A stretch of 63,702 nucleotides of DNA, filler included, from Octopus bimaculoides (taxonomy: Eukaryota): the NCBI RefSeq assembly GCF_001194135.2. It is 4 parts of 4 records of this genome, joined end to end, with 100 filler letters (N's around TTAATTAATTAA, not from the genome) between each part and the next. Parts side by side here need not be neighbours in the genome. Positions count along the whole stretch, not along the records: positions 1 to 24,296 come from NC_069004.1; positions 24,397 to 48,444 come from NC_068983.1; 2 more parts are not named here. One strand, written 5' to 3'. Under the pieces are notes generated by a model. The model searched no databases and was not told the origin of the DNA. It was given only the letters and a program-made list of their open reading frames with translations. The position numbers and the translations under genes are program-made. Numbering within the stretch: the first letter of the stretch is position 1; every line of letters starts with the position of its first letter. Of this stretch, positions 23,055 to 35,471 are shown in pieces.

Positions 23055-23275
23055 TCTTCGAAACGCCTGTGTTAGAATGGGGTAGCTGATGAAGGAAAAT
23101 GTTCTCTATGTGGCCCGTGTGTTTTCTGTACTCTGGTTATTATTATTTTTTTGTTTACGTTTTGTTTGCAATGTCCTGTACCCAGATATGCACCTATATA
23201 TACAGGTAGACGTAGGTATGCACATACCTGTACGTATATATGCATATACTCATTTATTATTTGTTTTATATATAT
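22830..23275. repeat. Long imperfect inverted repeat centred on a (TA)n tract
   Basis: Left arm 22830-22981 is the reverse complement of right arm 23054-23275 (ctcttcgaaac..gctgatgaagg..gtacccagat..gcatatactcat), with a deletion in the left arm. Confidence 0.8.
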
Positions 23276-23304
23276 ATATAAACATATGCATATATATATA
23301 TATA

Positions 23305-24205
23305 GATGGACTCAATTTACAGATGGGCTGAAGATAATAATATGCAGTTTAATGCTGAAAAATTCCAAGCCCTGCGCTACCAGCATCCAAAACTGAATAT
23401 GAAACTTACAGGGTACACTGGTCCACAGGGGATTACAATCCCAGAGCCTAAATCAGTGAGGGACCTAGGTATCGACATAAGTGATGAACCCCTTTCCAAG
23501 TGCACATTACCTTGATAGCGGCAAAGTGCAGACGACTGGCTCGATGGATCCTGAGAACACTCAGAACCAGAGATAAGGAAACCATACTGGTCCTCTGGAG
23601 GACATTTGTCCTCAGCCACCTGGATTACTGCTCACAGCTATGGTCATCTACCAGTGTGAAACTAACAGCGGACCTTGAAGCAATCCAGAGAAGATTCACA
23701 AAGAAGATCGTCTCTTTGCAACTGCTCAGCTACTGTGAAAGGCTGAAACAGCTAAGAGTCTACTCCCTGGAGAGAAGGCGGAAGAGGTATGCAGTAATAT
23801 ACATCTGGAAGGAATTGTGCCAAATGTTGGCATTGAAAGCTACCCCAATGCCAGAACAGGGCGACACTGCATAGTGCCAAAGATCCCAGCAACGCCATCG
23901 AGCTTCAGGACTAGTTACTGCAACAGCCTGGGTTTCAGGGGCCCACAGCTTTTTAATATTCTCCCAAAGAGTGTGAGGAACCAGCACAAAGTAGATGTAG
24001 GCGTTTTTAAATCAAAGCTGGACATCTTCCTGTCGAGAGTCTCAGATGAACCTACCTCACAGCAAGAGGTACAAATGAGGGTAGCTACATCAAACTCCAT
24101 TCTTCACCAAGTACCACATATTGGAAGAGGATCTCAGTAATAACAGTGTAGCAAAATGGTGGTGCATCAGCATGGCTGCAGCTCTGAGCTGTAACTACAG
24201 CAAAA
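23305..24205 (+). mobile_element. 5'-truncated CR1-type LINE
   Basis: WAEDNNMQFNAEKFQAL, VRDLGI, LDYCSQLW, LEAIQRRFTK, YSLERRR, FKSKLDIFL; short 3'UTR ending in a hairpin; embedded in (TA)n. Confidence 0.9.
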
Positions 24206-24244
24206 TATATATAAACATGCATATATGTATATATAAACATATGC

Positions 24245-24296
<52 letters not shown>

Positions 24297-24396
24297 NNNN
24301 NNNNNNNNNNNNNNNNNNNNNNNNNNNNNNNNNNNNNNNNTTAATTAATTAANNNNNNNNNNNNNNNNNNNNNNNNNNNNNNNNNNNNNNNNNNNN
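24297..24396. other. Assembly spacer: 44 N + TTAATTAATTAA + 44 N
   Basis: Identical 100-bp layout at three sites; the 12-mer puts a stop in all six frames. Confidence 0.95.
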
Positions 24397-24536
<140 letters not shown>

Positions 24537-24589
24537 TTGTAGTGGTGGTGATTATGACGATAAATATTCTTATACATTTCCAAGCACTG

Positions 24590-25112
24590 ACTCTCATGGC
24601 TTTTCATCTTAACTGATTGGAAGTGTTATCATGTACATTGTTTTGTCTTGGTATAAAAGATGGACTACAGTAATTATTCTCCTCAATACCGCAGATTTGC
24701 TTGTCACTTGTTTGCCCTTAACTAGTTGAGCAGGTCCGATAGTGGCTGGCGATATGTGCATTGCTGATCACAAGCAGAAGTAGTGAGAGAACATCATAGC
24801 CATGTGTTGAGAGAGATTCTTTGGGGTTTGAATAATTTACCCTCAGAAACATGGGTATTTCGTTTATCATCCTTAAACAACCCTTATTCAGGGATATTTT
24901 TGAGCAGGATGGGCTACCCGACCTGAAGGAAATTTCAACTGGGTCCCACTCGTAAGGTCATGCGGTGTTTATCTTGATATGAGGTCACCATGGTTGTGAT
25001 ACATGTGCCTGGTGTACCCTTATCAGACGTGTAGTCAGGATGGGTATATTGGGTTTCGTATATTTATACCCCGGCGTCATTTTGATGGCGTGTGCTGCTC
25101 TCTCACCAAATA
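24590..25112 (+). repeat. Probable interspersed retroposon-derived repeat ending in (AAT)n
   Basis: Higher-GC block bounded by microsatellites with a ..ctctcaccaaataataataat tail. Single copy here, so the class is unverified. Confidence 0.35.
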
Positions 25113-25127
25113 ATAATAATAACGATT

Positions 25128-25312
25128 TCAAATTTTGGCAAAAGACCAACAAGTTCGATTACATCGACCCCGGTACTGAGCTGGTACTTAATTTATCGAC
25201 CCCGAAAGGATGAGGGGTGAAGTCGGCCATGGCAGAATTTGAACTCAGAACATAAGGACGGGTGAAATACCTCTATGCAATTTCCCCGGCGTGCTAACGA
25301 TTCTGCTAGCTC
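25128..25312 (-). mobile_element. SINE-B
   Basis: atcgaccccgaaaggatga..gaatttgaactcagaac..cggcgtgctaacgattctgc; CpGs retained. Confidence 0.85.
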
Positions 25313-26286
25313 AGTAATAATAATTTCTTTTATTAAGTACAAGGGCAAAGATAGTGGGGATCAGAAATAATTCTTTCTCATCTTGGTACAAGGCCAACAA
25401 TTTCAGGAGAAGGAATAAGTCGATAACATTGACTTATCTCTAATGAAAGGTGAGGCTAACCACGGTACTGAATTAATGTGAAATTTTGAAGTATTTGGCT
25501 CTTTTCCTTGACACGTTACATAATTCCAGCATTGGTCTAAAAGGTTTTCGGATATATGAATTATGGGTATTTTCTTTAGTTCGTGTACGAACTGCGATCT
25601 TCCAACAGAAATGTTTAAGGGGGGGGGGGGGGTCGAAGAAAAAAACAGCTGATTCCTAATTCTAAACGAATCGTTTCCATAAAGGGGGCTAACTCTAGAG
25701 ACTTAAGGCTGTTAACGGCTTATGAAGCAAATATTTGTATACTGTGGTTGTTGTTCAGTTAGGTGAAGATTGATCGAGCTGATCTACAATCAAATCGCTC
25801 CTGCCGTGACCAATCCGTTTATTTTCTTTTTCAGCGTCTACGTATCTAATACTCTATATATTTTTCTCAATGTTGTCCTTTAAGACAGCAAGGTGAGATT
25901 TAAAGGAAATTTAGCTGCTATTTCTAACAGGTCAAACGAACACACTGCGGCTCATTATTAGATTGAAATGGCTGTGAACTTATGAACAATGTTGTTGTTG
26001 TTCTTGTTGTTTAGCTCTGGATCAGCTTGATCGATCCAACCTCTGGTCAATGGCATTCCAGTAATAACTATCTGTCATAGAATCTTTAGGACTACATTAA
26101 CTTCATTTCTGTAGACAATATGGGGTGGTTTGAGGGAAATTTGGTTACTAGTTCTAACAGACTGGTTCAATATTTTAATAGTACGTTACTTTATCTATCC
26201 CAGTATTTCACATCTATGTTGGTAAATAACCATGTTTGATATTGGGAGAAGACACGCACACACACACGCACACATACATACATACA

Positions 26287-26318
<32 letters not shown>

Positions 26319-26908
26319 CGCACGGACGCGCATTGTTGTTTTTATAAATGGTTCCGACGAAGCAGTTCCATGGACGGTTGTGTAGTAATAATGTACATCA
26401 GGGTAGCATGTACGACTGTATCATTATTAACAGTAATTCTTTTACTTGTTTCAGTCATTCGACTGCGACCATGCTAATACGACAATAGTCACCATGGAGT
26501 TATTGAAACAATCGTCAGCCATAAAATAGAAAGTAATATCATAAACTCCAATTTTCCAATCTTCAATGCGTGTGTGTGTGTGTGTGTGTGTACGTATGTA
26601 TATGTATATATGTGAGTGTGTGTGTACGTATGTATATATATGTATGTGTATATATATATGTGTGTGTGTGTGTGTATACATACCTATACATACACACATT
26701 ATCATTATTATTGTTGTTATTATTTTGAATTATTTGATTTTAATGCATCTGGTGTCGCTGAAATACCGATCTTATCTCTAACAACACCATGTCACTCGCT
26801 TTGGCCAATAGCAGCCCATGTGTCCCTTCATTCGGTAATCTAAGCCTAAACGAGCAGGGTTTCTGTCAGGAGCCTGCGACACATTAAGTCGCATAGAACC
26901 GAGTACCT

Positions 26909-26976
<68 letters not shown>

Positions 26977-27924
26977 GTGAGTGTTATTAGTACAAGTAAC
27001 CCCGTACAACTTGTCCCGTGGTCGAGCCGTCGGCGACTAAACCGGCAACTCTACCAAGTCTGCAGGATGAAAAACAAAACCTGTTGACGAATGAATTCAA
27101 TGGAGTCAACGGCCATCCAACGGCTGTAAGTTAGACACCCTTAGTCGTTGTTTGGACATCTCTCTCGGAGATGGATATTCCAAAATAACACCCATCTCAT
27201 TCCGAAGCCAGAGATCTTGCTAGTTTTGTTTATAGGTGAAAATCTTAGCAGTGTTGTGCCAGTTGTTATTGATTTTGAATTTCAGCATGGTCGTTGCTGG
27301 TAGCCATTGTCTTTAACATCTAGGATAAGATAACGAGTCAGTGATGGCCATATTCGTCTAAGAGTTGACAGTCACCTTGTGTATATGTATATACGTACGT
27401 TTGTATGTGTATATATATATATTTGTGTGTGTATGCTTGTACGCGTGTGTGTATGCTTGTATTGTATGTGTTTGTGTGTGTATGCTTGAACGTGTGTGTC
27501 TATGTGTGTGTATTGGTTTCAACGTTCTCATTATATCTATTCAGTGACGTAGCTAGTATTTGTGCCATCAAAGGCAGACTGCATCAGTCGACTTCTTTAA
27601 TTCTATTAACAAAATACAACATGGAACCTGAAACACTACTCATCTACCAAGGACTTGCACTTCCATTAGAGTAAGCTATTCGAGGAAGTTCCATTTTCTC
27701 ACCTTAGCGCTATAACTTGAACAAATTTAAAGCAGTTAATGTACGCAGTGGATGCAGAGGCGAGATTTTGCTTGTTTCAAAGTCACAATAAATATAGAAC
27801 TATAAATCTTTTACATAATGTTATTTCTCCATCTCTATCTCCAATAAACATAAAACTATTATTTCTCCTAAGTTAAAAATGAGTATTAAACAAAGCGATC
27901 ATGGCCGCTTGTCAAATTAATGGT

Positions 27925-28110
27925 TTCAAATTTTGGCACAACGCCAGCAATTCTAGGGAAGGGATAAGTCGATTATATCGACGCCAATGTTCAACTGGTG
28001 CTTATTTTATCGACTTCGAAAGGACGAAAAGCAACGTCAACCGTGGTGGAATTTGAACTCAAAACATAAAGACGGGTGACATACCGGTAAGCATTTTGCC
28101 CGGTGTGCAA
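27925..28110 (-). mobile_element. SINE-B
   Basis: Same core, with the tttcaaattttggcacaac tail. Confidence 0.85.
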
Positions 28111-28396
28111 ATTAATTTGTACATCTCCAAAAGTGTTTGTTAGGCAAATATTTTGTTTATATTACAAAGTCAGTTGTCTCAGAAGAGGTAATTAAAATAT
28201 ATATATAAATAAAAAAAATTAGGTAACATGTCAAGCTAAAATCATAAACATAAAACCCTCTCATAAAAACTGACCTGGGTCATGGTATAATATATGTATG
28301 TCATATACTTGTAATCAAACCAATCACAGTATGTTACACCTCCTTCACAAAAACTTGGAAGAGAACAACTGCTAGACTGTCTGAGTAAATATCGAT

Positions 28397-28979
28397 GTGA
28401 AATTTTGGCATAAGGTCAGCAATTTCGAAGGCGGAGATAAGTCGATTACATCCACCTCAGTGTTCAAGTGGTGCTTATTTTATCGGCCTCGAATGGATAA
28501 AAGTTAAAGGCGACCTCGGCGAAATTTGAACTCAGAAACAAAGACGGACGAAATGCCGCTGAGCATTTTGACCACTGTGCTAACGATTCTTATTTCTTTA
28601 TTGCCCACAAGGGGCTAAACATAGAAGGGGACTAACAAGGACAGAAAAAGGGATTAAGTCGATTACATTTATCGACCCCGAAAGGATGAAAGACATAGTC
28701 GACCTCGGCGGAATTTGAACTGAGAACGTAAAAACAGACGAAATACCTATTTCTTTACTGCCCACAAGGGGCTACACACAGAGGGGACAAACAAGGACAG
28801 ACAAACGGATTAAGTCGATTATATCGACCTCAGTGCGTAACTGGTACTTAATTTATCGACCCCGAAAGGATGAAAGGCAAAGTCGACCTCGGCGGAATTT
28901 GAACTCAGAACGCAGTGGCAGACGAAATACCGCTAAGCATTTCGCCCGGCGTGCTAACGATTCTGCCAGCTCGCCGCCT
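28397..28979 (-). mobile_element. Trimeric SINE-B composite (28397-28590, 28591-28746, 28747-28979)
   Basis: Three overlapping units with a single 5' head. Flanked by tgtctgagtaaatat(c/t)gat at 28378-96 and 28980-98 (18/19 identical). Confidence 0.9.
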
Positions 28980-29206
28980 TGTCTGAGTAAATATTGATTT
29001 CTAGTAGGGACACTGCATTTCGTTATGCAACTATTGTATACTACCAAGTATATTAAAGGCTTAATACCGTTAATGTTGTATCCTACCTGTGTTAGCAGTG
29101 CTATTCAATAATTTTCTGTTGTTTTTAAGTTATCTCAGTGTTAGCTCTAGATTCTATAGAAAATCTGTAGAGATGACTTATGAGAAAAGTGTCTGAATAA
29201 ATGCTT

Positions 29207-29626
29207 GTTACTTGTATCAGTCACTAAAACTGTGGCCATGCTGGAGTACCGAATTGAAGGAGTTTTTCTTTTTGTCGAACAAATCGAGCCTATTACTTAT
29301 TTTTTAAAACCTTGTTTTATCGGGCTCTTTCGCCAAACTGCAAAGTTACGGGGACGTGAACAAACCGACACCGGTTTCAAGCGGGAGGGGGACAAACACT
29401 CACGAACGCGCGCACACACGCTCACACATATATACGACGAGCTTCCACATCCACGCAGTTTTCATCTACCAAATTCACTCATAAGGCACTCATATCAGCA
29501 TTAATCAGCATTAATCAGCCTGGGCTATAATAGAAAATCCTTATCTAAGGTGCCACGCAATAGGACTGAACCCAAAACCACATGGTTTCAAAGCAAGCTT
29601 CCTAACCACACAGTCATGGCTGCACC
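29207..29626 (-). mobile_element. SINE-A, full length
   Basis: Tail (ggccatgctggagtaccg) and head (ggactgaaccc..ccacacagtca) are both present; small internal atcagcatta duplication. Confidence 0.8.
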
Positions 29627-31174
29627 TTATATACTCTAAAAGTATTCAAATTTATCTCTTTACGTTCTGTAGACAAACCTTTCCAATCGTGATGGAAATA
29701 TATGTGAAACTGGGGGAAGATACGCAAGAGCGCGGCCTTCCCCTACTTTTCAGCTCGTGGAGAGAGGCAATTCCGGCCTCTAGGACCTTATCGTACCCCT
29801 AATTCCTGACGCACATTTCTCTCAATGCTATCTAGAGTCTATTTTTACCTTCAAATTTCTAGAATCGGTAAAATATTTTAATGATATCGATTGAATCGAT
29901 TCATCGATTCTCTAAAAGTTGTTGTATTTCACCATTGTATAAGAAATTATCACGTCTGCTTTATAGCGAATATTTTATGATGGCGTTTGTGATGCGCCAG
30001 TGACGTGAACTGTAAATCTACAGCTTGACAATTTGATTTTGTTAACAGTCGAGTCTTATCTGAGACAAGTCAGAATCAGGACTCCATTATGTCAGCACTT
30101 TCCTTCACCAACCAACAAATACATCTACTTCATTGGCAGAAATATCTTCAAGCAAGAGGATTTTTTTTTAACGTTTTTCTGGTCAGTCAGCCAGGGAGTT
30201 ATATCGTTCAACTGCTCGGAAAAACTGGCACCAAAACTTATCTGCGGCATAAACTTTTCTCACCAATTAGCGACTTGGATATGTATTAACAGGTATCTCT
30301 GGTTGTTGTAGCATAAGAATTGATGAAGAAGAGCCAATTGACGTCGCACAAAATGGCAGTGTTACTGAGCGTCTAACAACAGACACAACGATGGCAACGA
30401 AACCGCTAAGAAGAACTATACATACCAGCGATGGACAGTAGACCAATTATGAAATCATGAATCTACAGTTGTTACTGACAACTCTGATATCACCATGCAG
30501 AATAGCGACCAGTTCATTGATTATACAACCAACTAGCAGATCTGCAGATTAGTTTCCACAAAAACTACCATGATCACACCAGATCACGTTTTACCCAGCT
30601 ACTTCATAAGCAACAGGAGTTTTCAGTGTACATTACTCTATGATAACCTATTTGCTTTACAAACCATTTCACTTGTTTATCTCGAGCACGAAGTAGACTG
30701 GAAAGTAAAACCATACCGTCGGATACACAAGACTTTCTACAGAGTCGTTCGAAAGCATTCGCATCCATTACGTTTATATATTACATACGATTTGCGCATA
30801 AGTGATGCAAATCCACAAAGTCAAAAGATATGCAGTTGTCCATAACAGCTTTAGACTAATATGCTTTAGCGCAGATATAGTACACTCAATGAAGTTATAT
30901 TTAAAAATGTGATATTAACGAAAATAAAAATCTAAACCTGAATATATTCAAAACTGTTTTCTAAGCACATTTTTTTATCCAGAAATATCTCAATACAGTG
31001 TAAATTTCAATACTCTACGGACCCTTGTTATTGTGTTTCAGTAGACATACATTGTCTTTCTTCCAATTAATTTTGAAAATGAGAGAGAATTTAGTCAAAT
31101 AACTTTGTCGTGATTAAACTGGTGACTAGAATATAAATTAATGTGAAAATTCGGCGGAAAGTTTTAGCTAAATT

Positions 31175-31375
31175 GCCCTAACTACAAAGCCAGCAGTTTC
31201 GGGAGAGGAGGCAAGCCGATCACATCGAACCTGGAGCTCAACTGGCACATATTTCAACTCCGAAAGGACGAAAAGCAAAGTCGACCTCGGTGGCATTGGA
31301 ACCCTGAAAATAAAGGAGGATATGCTGCTAGACATTTTGCCCGGCGTGCTAACGATTTTGCCAGCTCGCTTCGTT
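31175..31375 (-). mobile_element. SINE-B
   Basis: ccgaaaggacgaaaagcaaagtcgacctcgg..gcccggcgtgctaacgatt. Confidence 0.8.
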
Positions 31376-31593
31376 AATAATAATAATAATTAATAATAAT
31401 AATAATAATAATCTGATAAACTAGCTTTTATGATACATATTAAAGGTGCTACATTAGCTGAATGCAACTCAGTAACAACAGTCAAAACTATCGGCGTGAC
31501 TAACTACAGCTCTCAATACAAAAAAAAAACATATTCGATTCTATTTCAGTGAATAATTTTGATTTACACGCACATACGTACGTACATATGCGC

Positions 31594-31624
<31 letters not shown>

Positions 31625-33679
31625 GCTGAATGATTCAGGTGTACATTACTTTAAAGTTTCGAGAACGTAAAACACGTCCACATTGCTTTGCTGCACAGGT
31701 CAGAGACACCTGACATCTAACGATGTGGGTGTGTTCAACGCCCACGAAACTCAAAGTAATGTGGAGCTACGTCAACCGGTTACGAAGTATGCAATGCCTT
31801 CTTTTAAATGTATTGACTGCTGTTTTCCTTTGTTAATTCATTCCCTCATCTGCGCGTGTGTGGGGTCGCGTGCACGCACATATATGCACACACACACACA
31901 CACACATACATTTATGCATAGAGAGAATAAGCTGCGGTTAAATTCGCCACACCCACATTTCTATGCCAAACTATCTCCTTAAAAATTTAGATATAAGAAA
32001 GGCGACTTACTAACTGTTGGTATAATCTAATGTTTTCAATAAATTCGATGCCTGAAATTTAATAGGTTTATTGAGTCTTCATAGAATAGACATTAGTTTT
32101 ACATTGTGAATAATATATGTTGCGATATACATTTTGGTTTATATTACAACCTGAACATACAAATTATTATAATGGGAAACAATTGATGCAGAACAAGGTA
32201 CGAAACTTGTAAAGCAACCCGTTCGCGAAAATAGACAAAAAGAAAGTACTTGCGTAGGTGGATGTCTATGTGTGTCTATTAAGGGTAACTCTTCTTTGTA
32301 CCTACAGCCAGAGCATGATATAAATCTGTACAACAGTGGGAAAAACCAAGGTGTTATCAGTAGAAACGTGTGCTTCTTGATAATTTATCAGCCAACAAAC
32401 TAGAATAAATACAAGGATCACTTGTTAAGGCTATCACCAAAATTATAGCCAGTATCACTAGAGTAGCTAGTGTGAAGTGGCCAGTGCTGATTTCTATAGG
32501 AAATCTACAGAGATAAACTTCACAAGAGACGCAATAGCACTTCTACCACAGGAGAACACAGTATTAACTTATAAAGACGTTTAATAGACTTTGTAGTATA
32601 TTATGGTTGCATAGCGAAATATGGTGCCCCCCCCCCCTACACACACGTCATTAATAAATACAAGGATATATTTTAAAATAATAAACCTTGAAGGGCACAA
32701 ACCAGCAACGATCATGCTCAGTTGAAGCTTCTTCATAAAATACAAAACTGAAATGATGCCGAAATAATTATTGTACTGCCCAATAAATACAAGTGTTGTC
32801 CATCATGTCTCATAACATGTTCCGTCTTATCCCATCCCATTGTGTGTTACGGGTGGGAGGGAATAGTTAGACTGCTTAGACTAGGGTCACAAAAATGAGT
32901 CTTTCAGGAATTTCTCTTTGCCCTTGTTAAACGTGTTTGATGAATTTGTTAGACACACACATACACGCGTTTCTATTAGATAACTAACGACGTCGTAGTT
33001 TTATCAATATAACATAATCTTCTTTAATTTCTACAGATTTTTCTATAGAATTCAGAGCTAGCACCGAGAGTTACGGCGTTTCGTATACGAATACTTCTAT
33101 GTAAACAATCTACGATCGCTTTATTTACATAAACGTATTTGTATACGAAACTTTGAGACTTTCAATGCTGGAGAGAAAAACTTTAAAATGAAAACACCTC
33201 ACTGTTAACACGAAAAGTAGGACACAATATTGACTAATAGACCTTTCATAGACGTGGTAGTGTAATATCATGGTGGAGAAACGAAATGCAGTGTCCCTAC
33301 AAGAAATCAATAAAACCGTACATAGAAAATTAGCATTCTTGTGAAATTTGCACTAACTGACTCACATCTTGCACTAAGTCTACACCTATATTATCGAACA
33401 CCATATTATTGATTATGATATATTACTAGTCAGAATGTTACCAGTGGTTTCGTATAGACCATTGCACTTGATAATACTGACGTCTCTTCAGATATAGTTG
33501 TCAATACTGCAAAAAGCAATAATTGGCATTGAACCAAAAACAACATTCTAATCAGTTAAAATAAAAATATATTCCCTAACCAGTAATATACTGCTCAATC
33601 ACAAAAAAATGTAACCACACTATTTCTCATAATGAATGTTCGTTATTTTTTTTTACTTATGGGCAAACTGAATTTATAT

Positions 33680-34421
33680 AAGAAGCTTGCTTCTCAACCA
33701 CATGGTTGTGGTTCAATCTCACTGTGTGGCACCTTGGGCAAGTGTCTTCTACTATAGCCTCAGATCAACCAAAGCTTTCTGGGTGAATTTGGTGAGGAAA
33801 GCCTATCATATGTGTGTGTGTGTGTATGTCTTTGTGTCTGTGTTTGTCTCCAACCACTGCTTGACAAATCTCTGTAACTTAGCAGTTTAGCAAAATAGAT
33901 CGATAGAATAAGTACGAAGCTTAACAAAAACAGATTAGTAGTGGGGTTGATTCATGCAATTGAAAAATTCTTCAAGACAGTGCCCCAGTTTAATGACTGA
34001 AAACTAATCAAAGATAAAAGATATAGGCACAGGAGTGGCTATGTGGTAAGAAGCTTCCTTTTCAATCACATGGTTCCAGGTTCAGTTCCACAGCATGGCA
34101 CCTTGGGCAAGTGTCTTCTACTATAGCCTCAGGCCAACTAGAGCCTTGTGAGTGGATTTGGTAGGTTGAAATTGAAAGAAGCCTGTTGTATATATATATA
34201 TACATGTATATATTTGTGTGTCTGTGTGTAACCCTGTCCCATCGATTGATAACTGGTGTTGCTGTGTTTAATTCCCCATAACTTAGCAGTTCGGCAAAAG
34301 TTACTGATAGAATAAGTACTAGGCTTACAAAGAATAAGTCCTGGGGTCGATTTGTTCGACTAAAGGTGGTGCTCCAGCATGGCTGCAGTCAAATAACTGA
34401 AACAAGTAAAAGAATAAAAGA
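33680..34421 (+). mobile_element. Two head-to-tail SINE-A copies (33680-34022 5'-truncated; 34026-34421 full length)
   Basis: Each contains caccttgggcaagtgtcttctactatagcctc and gatagaataagtac..; the second ends aacaagtaaaagaataaaag. Confidence 0.85.
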
Positions 34422-35117
34422 CTATGTGCATGTGTGTACACACACACAAACACACACACACACACACTTACACATTTGAGTTCATTTGCTGGGAGTTAGT
34501 GATTCATTTCCTCACCTCTCTGAGTTGCTCTTTTGTGTCTCATTCACCTATACCCAAATGAATCAACAACTATGAACAAATACACATATATATACATACA
34601 TGAACATGTTATCACTTACCTGCAATGAATGTTACTGAATCTAATCCTGTTATTGATCATCTTACATCATCTCAGTAGTTTATGATGTTGTCGTGTCTGG
34701 TCAGAATAAATTTAGAATCTTATCTTTTCCACAAAGTTCCAAGATCAACTGTCAGATGTTGCGGGGAAAACCAAATGTAGTGAATAGTTGACTTATGTAT
34801 TCTTAGCTTGCAATGCTGAGCATGGGTGATTCTTGATGCGTAAAGAAGGCAAGCGAAAGCTGTTCCCATATACACCTTCAACGTCTTTTTGTATCCATTT
34901 ATTGGTGCTGGTTATATTTGCTGCCTGTGATTCATGTGTCTTATTAATTACCCAAATTCATCTCGTCATGCAACTCTTAAGAAACATAGTTCTCAGTTCT
35001 CAAAAGACAACAGCAAACCAGAAGTAGAGAGATATGTTCATACAGAAATATTGGTATTTCACTTAGATTCAAAGCAAATTCTTGCAGCAAAGTGTATATC
35101 CAGTTGTACTGAGTTTG

Positions 35118-35219
<102 letters not shown>

Positions 35220-35222
35220 CTA

Positions 35223-35471
35223 TTGGGTTGGTGCATAATTATTGTGGCTTTTTTTTCAACAAAATTTATTCAATAAAAACAATTACAATATTTAACAAAA
35301 ACATCTTTAAATGACGATCTGACCATCTGCCAAGCAAATGAGAAGCAGTAATTGAAGTGGATGGTGAATATGCTCTGGAATAATCATTTAAAGATGTTTT
35401 TGTTAGATGTTATTGTTTTTGTTGAATAAAATTTGTTGAAAACAAGCTGCAATAATTATGCACCAACCCAA
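35223..35471. mobile_element. Mariner deletion derivative/MITE with ~85-bp inverted arms
   Basis: ttgggttggtgcataattattg / caataattatgcaccaacccaa, flanked by TA. The centre encodes the mariner C-terminus (HLPSK.EAVIEVDGEY). Confidence 0.88.

Noticed and set aside
22950-23110. Hammerhead from the ctgatga and cgaaac motifs in the fold-back element
   Set aside because: Motif order and flanks do not give stems I-III in type I, II or III topology.
34621-34665. MINNRIRFSNIHCR as LYRM4 exon 1
   Set aside because: The phase fits, but there is no LYR motif, an in-frame stop lies just upstream, and it is 18 kb away across an assembly join.
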